Shown here: one piece after another, positions 38,270 through 47,800 of the stretch | How the letters are laid out: each line of letters starts with the position of its first letter | Position numbering within the stretch: position 1 is the first letter of the stretch | Assembly (NCBI GenBank): GCA_977020255.1 | Contig: CDROCS010006241.1 | Location: forward strand, 248,001-312,000 | DNA from: Obrimoposthia wandeli | Lineage: Eukaryota | Direction: 5' to 3' | Length of the DNA: 64,000 nucleotides | Position numbers and translations under genes: made by a program | Notes under the pieces: model-generated | What the model was told of the DNA's origin: nothing | Databases searched by the model: none | The model's input: only the letters and a program-made list of their open reading frames with translations

Positions 38270-40540
38270 ATGAGTGAGAGTAAAGATTTTTTACGTACTA
38301 TAGTTGAAGAAGATATAAAGTCAGGCAAAAATAAAGAGATTGTTACAAGATTTCCACCAGAGCCTAATGGCTTCCCACACATTGGACACGCTAAATCTAT
38401 CTGCATAAACTTTGGTATCGCACGTGATTTTAATGGTCATTGTAACCTTAGAATGGATGATACAAATCCAACTAAAGAAGATACAAAATATGTCGAGGCT
38501 CTTAAAGATGCTGTACAGTGGCTTGGCTTTGATTGGGGTGATAATGTACATTTTACTTCTGATTACTTCCCTAAGATATACGATTATGCTCTTACTCTTA
38601 TTAAAATGGGGAAAGCATATGTTGATAGTCTAAATGAAGAAGATATGCGTGAATATCGTGGAACTATTACAGAAGCTGGAAAACGTAGTAAATTCGCAGA
38701 ACGTAGTATTGAAGAAAATTTAGACCTTTTTGAAAGAATGAAAAAGGGTGAGTTTAAAGATGGAGAACATGTTCTAAGAGCTAAGATTGATATGTCTGCT
38801 GCTAATATGAAAATGAGAGATCCACTTTTATATCGTATCAGACATGCTCATCATTTTAGAACAGGAAATGAATGGTCTATTTATCCAATGTATGACTTTG
38901 CTCACTGCTTATCTGATTATATGGAAAGTGTTTCTCACTCTATTTGTACACTAGAGTTTGAAAACAACCGTGATATTTACAATTGGGTACTAGATGAACT
39001 TGGACTTGATTTACCGCGTCCGTACCAACATGAATTTGCACGACTTGGCATTAACTACACAGTTATGAGTAAAAGAAAGCTTTTAGAATTGGTTCAAGGT
39101 GGACAAGTTAGTGGCTGGGATGATCCTCGTATGCCTACAATTGCTGGGTATAAAAGAAAAGGATATACAAGAGAGTCTATTTTAAACTTCTGCGATCAAA
39201 TAGGTATTGCTAAAGCAAATTCAATGGTTGATGTTGCACAGCTTGAGTTTTGTATACGTGATGATTTAAATAAAAAAGTACCACGTGTCCTGTGTGTTCT
39301 TGATCCACTAAAAGTAACAATTGAGAATTATGAAGGTTGTGAAGATATTGATGCACCATACTATCCTCATGATGTGCCTAAAGAGGGATCAAGAAAGATA
39401 CCTTTTTCAAGTGAAATTTATATTGAACGTGATGACTTTTGTGAGAATCCTCCAAAAGGTTACTTCCGTCTTACTCCTGCACAACCTGTACGTCTTAGAC
39501 ATGGGTTTATTATCTCTTGTAAAGAAGTTATAAAAGATGCAAATGGCAATATCCTTGAGATAAAAGCAGAGTATCATGCTAACTCTAAAAGTGGTTCTGA
39601 TACTAGTGGTATCAAAGTAAAAAGTGCTATCCAATGGGTTAGTGCAAAAGAGGCAAAAACAGTTGAAGTAAGGTTATATGATAGATTATTCAAAGTTGAA
39701 GCTCCAGAAGGAGTAGAAGATATAAATCCAGATTCTTTACAAGTTATCAAAAATGCACTTGTTGAACCTGCGGTTATAAGTGAAAAACCTGATGAGAGAT
39801 TCCAGTTTGAAAGACAGGGATATTTTTATGCTGACCCAATTGATTACACAGATGAAAAACCTGTATTTAATAAGATTGTCGGGCTAAAGGACTCTTGGGG
39901 TAAAAAAGAAAAAATTACTCATAATGGTGATATTGTAACGCATAAAGGTAAACCTGTTATACATAAAAAAGAGCAAGTAGTAGGTACTGAAACAGCTATG
40001 AATGAAGAGCAGCAGACATTATTTGATAAATACACTGCTGAGCTTGGTCTAAACAGTGAAGTAGCAAATATACTAGCTCGTGATGAGAATCTTTCATCAT
40101 TCTATGAAGAGTCTTTATCTATGCTTAATAGCCCAATTGCACTAGCTAATATCGTGGTAACTGAGGTAGCTAGAGAGTTAAAAGAAAAGCCAGCAAATGA
40201 GCTAAAATTTAATGCAAAACAAATATCAGAACTTGTTAAAATGCTTGATGAAGAAACTATTTCAAGTAAAATTGCTAAACAAGTATTTGAAGCAATGGTT
40301 AAAACAGGTGAAAATCCAACACAAATAGTTGAAGACAAGGGTCTGGTTCAAATAAGTGACCCTTCTGTTATTTCACCTATTATTGATGAAATAATTGCAA
40401 AGAATCCAGACAACGTCGCTAAATTTAAAGCAGGTAACACTAAACTTTTAGGCTTTTTTGTAGGTCAAGTACTAAAAACTACTGGGGGCAAAGCAAACCC
40501 AAAAGTAGTGAATGAACTTGTAGCTCTTAAGTTAAAATAA
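38270..40540 (+). CDS. glnS: Glutamine--tRNA ligase with C-terminal YqeY/GatB-like domain
   Basis: RFPPEPNG, HIGHAKS, YPMYDFAH, VMSKR, FQFERQGYF; tail ISSKIAKQVF...GFFVGQV...GKANP. Confidence 0.93.
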   Translation: MSESKDFLRTIVEEDIKSGKNKEIVTRFPPEPNGFPHIGHAKSICINFGIARDFNGHCNLRMDDTNPTKEDTKYVEALKDAVQWLGFDWGDNVHFTSDYFPKIYDYALTLIKMGKAYVDSLNEEDMREYRGTITEAGKRSKFAERSIEENLDLFERMKKGEFKDGEHVLRAKIDMSAANMKMRDPLLYRIRHAHHFRTGNEWSIYPMYDFAHCLSDYMESVSHSICTLEFENNRDIYNWVLDELGLDLPRPYQHEFARLGINYTVMSKRKLLELVQGGQVSGWDDPRMPTIAGYKRKGYTRESILNFCDQIGIAKANSMVDVAQLEFCIRDDLNKKVPRVLCVLDPLKVTIENYEGCEDIDAPYYPHDVPKEGSRKIPFSSEIYIERDDFCENPPKGYFRLTPAQPVRLRHGFIISCKEVIKDANGNILEIKAEYHANSKSGSDTSGIKVKSAIQWVSAKEAKTVEVRLYDRLFKVEAPEGVEDINPDSLQVIKNALVEPAVISEKPDERFQFERQGYFYADPIDYTDEKPVFNKIVGLKDSWGKKEKITHNGDIVTHKGKPVIHKKEQVVGTETAMNEEQQTLFDKYTAELGLNSEVANILARDENLSSFYEESLSMLNSPIALANIVVTEVARELKEKPANELKFNAKQISELVKMLDEETISSKIAKQVFEAMVKTGENPTQIVEDKGLVQISDPSVISPIIDEIIAKNPDNVAKFKAGNTKLLGFFVGQVLKTTGGKANPKVVNELVALKLK

Positions 40541-40553
40541 TAAACTAAGCAAA

Positions 40554-40577
40554 AAGGCTAGTACGAATACTAGCCTT
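40554..40577. terminator. Terminator hairpin
   Basis: AAGGCTAGTA-CGAA-TACTAGCCTT between convergent genes. Confidence 0.7.
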
Positions 40578-40621
40578 AGTTTAGTTCATGGCTCCTATTT
40601 GATTTAAAAGTTTTTTAAAAG

Positions 40622-41782
40622 TTATTCAAAAACTTTTTTCAATCTTTGTATCCCTTCTTTTATTTCTTTTTTACTTGAATTGGTAAAATTTAATCTCAGA
40701 TAACTTTTTTGTAATTTATCTTCAAAGAAGACACTTCCTGGAATATATAAGATTTTTGCTTTTTTTGCTTTTTCAAATAACAACTTCGTATCAGAATTAT
40801 TTTTTAATTTAGCCCATAAAAACATTCCTCCTTTTGGTTTTTCAACTTCTAGGACATCATTCAACTCATTTTTTAGGGTTTTATAAAAAAAGTCACATTT
40901 TTTCTTATATGACGTAGTTAATACTTCTATGTGTTTAAAAATATCAAAATTGATTAAATAGTTATATAAAATATATTGTGAAAATAGATTAGTATGCAAG
41001 TCTTTATACTGTTTTGCTACTGTTATCTTTCCCAATATCTCGGTTGTTGCTATAATATATCCCACTCTTAAAGAGGGAATGAGTATTTTTGAAAAAGAAC
41101 CAATATAAATTGTATTTTTAGGTGCTAAATCATATATGGTCGATTGTACTTTATTTTTAAAATTTAAAAATCGGTAAGGATCATCTTCTACAATGATCAG
41201 ATTGTATTTGATTGCCATTTTTGCCAGAGCTTTTCTTTTTTTAAGGCTATAGCTAATTGAACTTGGGTTTTGAAAAGTAGGAATAACATAAAAAAATTTA
41301 TATTTATTTTTTTGCAGTTTCGATTCCAGTTCTTCCAAGTTTAAACCATCATGTTCTAATTGTATCGTATGACATATTGCCCCATGGGATTTGAATAATC
41401 CAATGGCTCCAAGATAACTTGGCTCTTCAACTAAAATTTTTTCATCTTTATTTAAAAATATGGAAGAAATCAAATCCAATGCTTGTTGACTTCCATTTGT
41501 GATAAGTATCTCTTCTTTTAAATTGAACTGTGTTTTAATGGTATCAATAAGTTTTGGTAAACCGTTGGTTGCTGAGTATTGAAATAAATCATTCGGCAAT
41601 TGTAAAGAGTACTTTTCAAAAATAGCGTGTATCTCTTTTCTTGGGAATAACTTATTATTAGGTAAGCCTCCTGCAAATGAAATAACGTCTTTTTGATTGG
41701 CTATTTTTAAAACATCTCTTATAAATGAACTTTGTATATTTTCATACTCTTTCGAAAAAAAATATTTCATAGTAAACCTCAT
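40622..41782 (-). CDS. PLP-dependent aminotransferase (2-aminoadipate transaminase-like)
   Basis: ISFAGGLP, TNGSQQALD, IPTFQNP, EDDPY and GSFSKIL motifs. Confidence 0.88.
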   Translation of the reverse strand: MRFTMKYFFSKEYENIQSSFIRDVLKIANQKDVISFAGGLPNNKLFPRKEIHAIFEKYSLQLPNDLFQYSATNGLPKLIDTIKTQFNLKEEILITNGSQQALDLISSIFLNKDEKILVEEPSYLGAIGLFKSHGAICHTIQLEHDGLNLEELESKLQKNKYKFFYVIPTFQNPSSISYSLKKRKALAKMAIKYNLIIVEDDPYRFLNFKNKVQSTIYDLAPKNTIYIGSFSKILIPSLRVGYIIATTEILGKITVAKQYKDLHTNLFSQYILYNYLINFDIFKHIEVLTTSYKKKCDFFYKTLKNELNDVLEVEKPKGGMFLWAKLKNNSDTKLLFEKAKKAKILYIPGSVFFEDKLQKSYLRLNFTNSSKKEIKEGIQRLKKVFE

Positions 41783-41935
41783 TTTCTCTATCTTCAGTAT
41801 AACATTAGAAAAAAATAAATTTGTTTTGAAAATAAAACTAAAGAGATTTTTTTAGATATGATTTTTTTTACAATGATATAATATATTTAAGATATTAAAT
41901 TAAATGCAAATGTTACCTTAGAAAAAGGAGATATC

Positions 41936-42739
41936 ATGCATAATAATATTGACACCCTTTTTGAAAGTTTATGGCAGAATTATATTTCTGTGACACCTAC
42001 AGCTACTAAAATTCATAGCCTTTTTGCCCAAACTCAAAAAAATTATATCATCAATGATCATATTGCTTTGCGTACTTTTAATCTGGAAAAAGTTAATTTA
42101 GAAAAATTAGCTATGCATTTTAAAAAAGTAGGCTACAAAGAGTGTGGAGAATATGATTTTGAAGAGAAGAAACTATATGCCAAACATTTCGAACATCCAA
42201 ACTCTACTAAACCTAAAGTATTTATTTCTGAATTATTGGTTGAAAAATTTCCACAAAAAGTACAAAATATAATTGAAGAGTTGGTCAATAACATCGATGA
42301 ATCCTCTTTAGATGCTGATAATTTTTTATATTCTGGTACACATTGGAGTATTGATTTACAGACATATAAAATGTTACTTGAACAAAGTGAATATGCAGCG
42401 TGGATGGCAGCATGGGGATACAGAGCCAATCATTTCACTATCAGTATTAATCATTTAGAATACTTTAAAACAATTCAAGAGGTCAATCAAAAACTCAAAG
42501 ATTCTGGATTTATTTTAAACAGTAGTGGAGGAGAAATAAAAGGAACTCCTGAAGTTTTACTCGAGCAGTCTTCTACCCTTGCAGATAATTTCAGTGTAAA
42601 ATTTAGTGATGGTCAACTTTTGATACCTAGTTGTTTTTATGAGTTCGCGTTACGTTACAAAAAAGAAAATGGAGAATTCTATACTGGTTTTGTTGTGGCT
42701 TCCGCAAATAAAATTTTTGAAAGTACAAATAAAAGATAA
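41936..42739 (+). CDS. DUF1338 protein (2-oxoadipate dioxygenase/decarboxylase HglS-like)
   Basis: NDHIALRT, PKVFISEL, SEYAAW, NHFT, LEQSST and FYEF motifs. Confidence 0.8.
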   Translation: MHNNIDTLFESLWQNYISVTPTATKIHSLFAQTQKNYIINDHIALRTFNLEKVNLEKLAMHFKKVGYKECGEYDFEEKKLYAKHFEHPNSTKPKVFISELLVEKFPQKVQNIIEELVNNIDESSLDADNFLYSGTHWSIDLQTYKMLLEQSEYAAWMAAWGYRANHFTISINHLEYFKTIQEVNQKLKDSGFILNSSGGEIKGTPEVLLEQSSTLADNFSVKFSDGQLLIPSCFYEFALRYKKENGEFYTGFVVASANKIFESTNKR

Positions 42740-42894
42740 TAATAAACCCATAGGCTGAGAAATTAGAATATCAAATCAATTTTAATTTATCTATATGTCT
42801 GGACAACTTACAAGTTATTTTTGTTACAATTAATTTACAAAAAATAGAAATACATACATTGATTTTCTATTTTACTCAAATAAGAGGGAATAAA

Positions 42895-43587
42895 ATGTTA
42901 CTAAAAAAGTTAATTACAATGGGTTTTGTATTGCTATTAGGTGTGAGTGTATATGCACAAGATAAAAAATCAGCTTCAGGAATACCATTGGATACCCAAT
43001 GGAAAGTTAATATCTATGAGTATGCACAGAGAAACTTTATTCATACAGCATGGGGAGTTGGACATGCGGAGAGAGATTATAACTTGGCATTACAATTAGC
43101 AAAAAAAGACAATCTTCCTATTGATGAAGATGCCCTATTTGCAGCTGCATTTTTACATGATATTGGCTCTTTTAACAAAGTTAAAGGAGAAGAGCACTCT
43201 GTTACGTCTGCAAATATGATGGAAACTGTATTAAAAGATTTTGGTTTTCCAATGCAAAAAAAAGAACTCGTAAAAAATGCAATCTTAGGACACTATTATA
43301 AATCAAAGGTTCCAGATGAAGCAACAGCAAAAGTTCTACATGATGCAGATACACTGGACTTTATGGGAACAATAGGAATAGCAAGAATCATTTCTTTGAC
43401 AACTAGAATTGAAAGCTGGGTTCCTACACTAGATAAGTCATTTGCTACATTGGAGAGAATCAATGCAAAGTTTGGATCAGTGCTTGTAACATCTGCAGGA
43501 AAAAAAGTAGGGATAAAAAGAGCAAAAGAAGCTCAAACTTTTTTTAAATCTATCAAAGAAGAGACATATAATAAAACATCTATCTAA
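42895..43587 (+). CDS. HD-domain phosphohydrolase with predicted signal peptide
   Basis: GVGHAERDY, LHDIG, LHDADTLD; hydrophobic N-terminus ending VYA; start at ATG 42895 behind GAGGG. Confidence 0.8.
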   Translation: MLLKKLITMGFVLLLGVSVYAQDKKSASGIPLDTQWKVNIYEYAQRNFIHTAWGVGHAERDYNLALQLAKKDNLPIDEDALFAAAFLHDIGSFNKVKGEEHSVTSANMMETVLKDFGFPMQKKELVKNAILGHYYKSKVPDEATAKVLHDADTLDFMGTIGIARIISLTTRIESWVPTLDKSFATLERINAKFGSVLVTSAGKKVGIKRAKEAQTFFKSIKEETYNKTSI

Positions 43588-43696
43588 AAGTTAAGGAGAG
43601 ATTTTCTCTCTTTAATTGCTCTGTGCCATTCGTGAATATAAACCAGCTAAAGAAATGTTAATAAATATTTTCAAATAATCGTAATTTATTTTAGGT

Positions 43697-43763
43697 AAAA
43701 AAAAAGCTTCTAGATAAAAGAACCTAGGTTCATATATCTAAAAGCTTTGTATGGTTCCGGATG
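43697..43763 (-). repeat. att-like direct repeat (tRNA-Asn 3' end plus terminator), left copy
   Basis: 65/67 identical to 50731-50797. Confidence 0.9.
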
Positions 43764-43907
43764 AGGGAAACCCAATATTCGAACTTATTGAACATTCACA
43801 CATTAAAATCTCTACAAGTAAAAAACTGAAATCCACTTTTCAATCAGGGGTAGTAAGGGTTTAAATTTATGATTTAAAAGGCACACTTCTTATTAGTGGT
43901 CATAAAT

Positions 43908-44257
43908 TTATTTCTGAACCATTGAAAGGGTTAATTCTTCAAAATCTTCTTTAAAATCTTCTCCAGATTCCTGTGCAGATTCATTCTCTTCATCATATAT
44001 CCAATTTACTTCTATAGCTTTACCATTATTATGAGCTTCTTCTAACAAATCAAATAAGTCAAAAAAGAGTTTTGAACTACTTGAGTTAAAATATATTATT
44101 TCTAAGTTTATAATTGTTTTATCTTGTCCATTACTGGTTTATAAAATTCAAATGTATTTTCGGGGTATGATTTTCCTACTAATTCGAATACACCTTTTTG
44201 TGCATCTAGGTTTATTAGTGGTGTATATTTTGTTTCATCTATTGTTAAGTTATTCAT
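43908..44257 (-). pseudogene. siaC: SiaC family (DUF1987) phosphoprotein, frameshifted
   Basis: Frame 1 MNNLTIDETKYTP...GKSYPENTFEFYKPVMD stops at 44108-44110; another frame continues GQDKTIINLEIIYFNSSSSK...VNWIYDEENESAQESGEDFKEDF to TAA at 43908-43910; total 350 nt. Confidence 0.85.
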
Positions 44258-44259
44258 AT

Positions 44260-44808
44260 TTATTTAGCCTTACTTGTAAGTATTGTTGTTTTAATATGAA
44301 AATAGTATCTATCTTCTTGTATCTTATTAAATTCATATTTTATTGAATTGCATTTTTTTGCAATCTCATAAAAGCCAATTCCTCCACCTTTTCCATGAGT
44401 ATTTTGACCACTTCTTCTTAGTTCTCTATATCTCTTTTTTATTCCATCTCTATCTAAGGACTGTATCTCTAAAAGTTTTGGTTCAATTTTTTCTTTATCT
44501 TCAAGTGAAATGATATTTTGGCTATCAATATAGTAATTAAATTCTTTGTCTTTTGAAACAATAATAAGTCCTTCTGCCCTTTTGGTATTCTCGTTAATGG
44601 ATTTAGAATAATTCATTATATTTTGGGAAAGTTCAATAAATATAGTAAACATATTAGCAGATACACCCATTCCTGTACCGTTATCTTTAGCCTCTTGTTC
44701 AAAGGCTTCAATCATCTCAGAGATAAGAGCCTGAGAAAGATATCCACCATAGTTTAAGAAGACTATACCATCATCATCAACCATTTTCTGTATAGCTTTA
44801 ATATTCAT
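44260..44808 (-). CDS. siaB: SiaB family protein kinase (DUF6272-like)
   Basis: FLNYGGYLSQ, IFIELSQNIMNYS, IDSQN and GGGIGFYEIAK; sits between a PP2C gene and a DUF1987 gene. Confidence 0.85.
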   Translation of the reverse strand: MNIKAIQKMVDDDGIVFLNYGGYLSQALISEMIEAFEQEAKDNGTGMGVSANMFTIFIELSQNIMNYSKSINENTKRAEGLIIVSKDKEFNYYIDSQNIISLEDKEKIEPKLLEIQSLDRDGIKKRYRELRRSGQNTHGKGGGIGFYEIAKKCNSIKYEFNKIQEDRYYFHIKTTILTSKAK

Positions 44809-44855
44809 ATCCTACTATCCTTTTATATTTTTATACCATTACTCATGTAGTTTGA

Positions 44856-47800
44856 TTAGGTATTTTGGCGCCTATCTTGTTCATTAACTCTGTTATCCCT
44901 ACTAGAATTAGTATTTTTATCACTTTTTTGATTTAATGTATTTCCTATTTTTATACCAATCACTGTTACATCATCATTTCTCTCTTCATCATCTTGATAA
45001 TCTTGCAATTCATAAAGTAACATTTTTTGTTGGTCCGCAAAACTATCATCCTTATACGTTTCTATTATATTTGTGAATTTCTTTTTTCCAAATGGGAATC
45101 CTTTATCTCCACCATTTTGATCTAAATATCCATCAGTAGTTATATAAAACTGCATTCCTTCTTTTACTTTTATTTCATGATCTTTAAATTTGTAATTCAT
45201 ATCACTTTTTTTGTATCCAATAGAGTGACGATTCCCTTTTATAGTTTTCAACTCTCCATTTTCAATGTAAAATAGAGGTGTTTCCGCCCCTGCAAATCTA
45301 ATTATAGATTCTTTTTTATTGTAATATAAAATTCCACCATCAAATCCTGCATTTGATATTGATGTTTCATCTTCTTGTTTTAATAGTTTTTTCATAGTTT
45401 GATTAAAATAACTCAAAATCCAAGCAGGGCTTACTTCCATGCTCTCATCATTTGCAATGATTGCAGATACTTGTCTCTCAATTGCTTTTACAAGCATAGT
45501 TACAAAAGCACCTGGAACACCATGTCCTGTACAGTCAATTGCCATTATTAAACACTCATCACCATTTCTTAGTTCTTCCAATAAATATATATCTCCACCT
45601 ACAATATCTTTAGGATGCCATATTACTAGGTAGTCATTAAAATATTTTCTAAATAATTCAGCTTCTGGAACAAGTGCTCCTTGAATAAGAGAGGCATATT
45701 CAATACTATCTCTTGTATGCTTATGAATCTCTCGTATTTCTTCTTCAATCACTTTTTGTTTCGTTATATCTGTTATCATTCCTATATACGATGCTTCATT
45801 TTTATAGGTAATAGGGGTAACAGATAAAAGTGCGGTGAACTCTTTATCATGTGCTGTTTTAAAAACTTCCTCTGAGTTTTCAACAAATCCATCTCTTTTA
45901 ATAGCCTCTATTATGTGTGCTTGTTGCCCTTGGATTGTATATACATCATCAATATCACTACCAATTATTACATCAAGTGGCATATCATATTGTTTTTGAG
46001 CATATTTATTAGCATATAGGATCTTTCTGTCTTTTTTAGATGTTATAAGAACAGGTAGTAAAATGTTCGACAATATTAATTCAACTTCTTTTTTTGCTTT
46101 TTCCGCTTCTGTTTGTGCTTTTTCCATCTGAGTTATATTAGTAAAAACTGCTGACATTGGACTCTCTTTATTTGGTAAAAGACTCGCGTTTACACTAAAT
46201 ATAAATAAGTTATTATTTAAAACTATTTGTGCTTTATGTGTATTTTCTGAATATTTCAGAATATACTCTATCCACGATAAGTCACCCATATACTTTTGTA
46301 AATATCCCTCAGGTGAACTTTTATCAAATGTATCACAAATACAATCCCCAAATTTATCCATAAAAAGTTCAACTGTTTTTAAATCATAAAAATTAAAAAA
46401 TGTTTTATTAGCACTAATAAGTCGTTTTCCATTAGTGGTAATAATAATCTGTTCTTGAGAATCTAATAACGTTTGTACAAACTCTTTTTGTAGATTTATT
46501 TTTCTGTTGTAGTAAAGACCTATAAGAATAAAAAGTAAAATTCCGCCACCGATCTTCCAAAAAATAGTGTAATCAGTACTTTGTTTAACCTCTGTATGTA
46601 CCCAATCAGAATAAATTTTGTCTCTCTCTTGTTGTGTTAAAGTATCAAAAATTTTATTAACAATTGACAAAAATTCAGGATATTTTTCAGAAATTAAAAA
46701 TTGGTGTTTAAAATCAAATTTAGCTTTTCCAGAAATTTTTAGATTATCACGACCCAATTTATCTATATAATATAAAGAGGGAGCTAAATGACCTAAAAAT
46801 ACATCTGCTTTTTGATTAGATACGTTAAGTAATGCCTCTTCTATTGTATTAGTCTCAATAATCTTAGCTTCTGGATACAAAGTTTTAAGAAAGTTATAAC
46901 TTGTATAATATTTTGGAATAGAAAACACTCTATCTTTTATCTCACTCAAAGAGTTTACATAATTTATATTTTCATTAGTTATAATTGATAAGGGATACTT
47001 TGCATACATATTGGACATAGGACCTAAAGCTTTCTCTCCTTCACTATCTCCAGCTCCTGGGACAAAATCAATTTCACCATTTTTAAACTTTTCTAATACA
47101 TCTGGCCATGATTTTGATTTTATAAATTTAAGTTCCATTCCCGTATATTTTTCAATTATATTAAGATAGTCTCTCATTATTCCAGTCATATTATTGTTTT
47201 CAATAATTGATAAAGGCTTCCAATTTATGTCACTATATGTTAGAGTTTTATTTTTTTGTAGCCACTCTAATTCTTTTTGTGAAAAATCAATATTTATTTT
47301 ATTTTCATCTTTTTCAAACCAATTATTTAATATTTTATTTATTTCTGATTGAGATATATTATCCATTGCTTTATTAACAATTTGAGATAACATTGTTTTT
47401 TCTTTATTCACTGCAATATGTAAAGAATTTTGGTTTTGAGTTATAGGTAAAACAGCTTTTAATCCTGTTTGCATATTTGAAGCTAAATGAAATTTTACAA
47501 CAGCATAATTATCAATATAAACATCGGCTTTCTTTAATATTACAGCATTAACACCGTCTGTCATTGATTTTACTTTATAAAATTCTATTTTTGGATATCT
47601 TTTAGCCAAATAATCTAATGTTGCATAGCCATCAATGAGTGCGATTTTTTTAGATTGTAATTCATCTAAAGATTCAACTGCTTTATCATCTGTTCTCATA
47701 AAAACATAATCTTTTACTTTAAAGTATGGTTTTGTAAATGATGAAAATTCTTTTCTCTCTTCATTTTTATACATAGCAGGAAGAATATCGATTTTCCCTA

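Noticed and set aside
42841-42873. Hairpin AAAATAGAAA...TTTCTATTTT before the HD gene
   Set aside because: AT-only stem with a large loop that does not cover the RBS; likely chance.
43826-43843. Second difH-like site CTGAAATCCACTTTTCAA
   Set aside because: About 2 nt too short to fit the recalled difH spacing; weak match in AT-rich DNA.
43751-43864. Plus-strand ORF MVPDEGNPIFEL... as a split recombinase C-terminus
   Set aside because: No upstream recombinase frame at the other att copy (stop within the terminator), so there is no support.
44152-44346. Track ORF on the plus strand
   Set aside because: Antisense shadow of the siaC/siaB junction.
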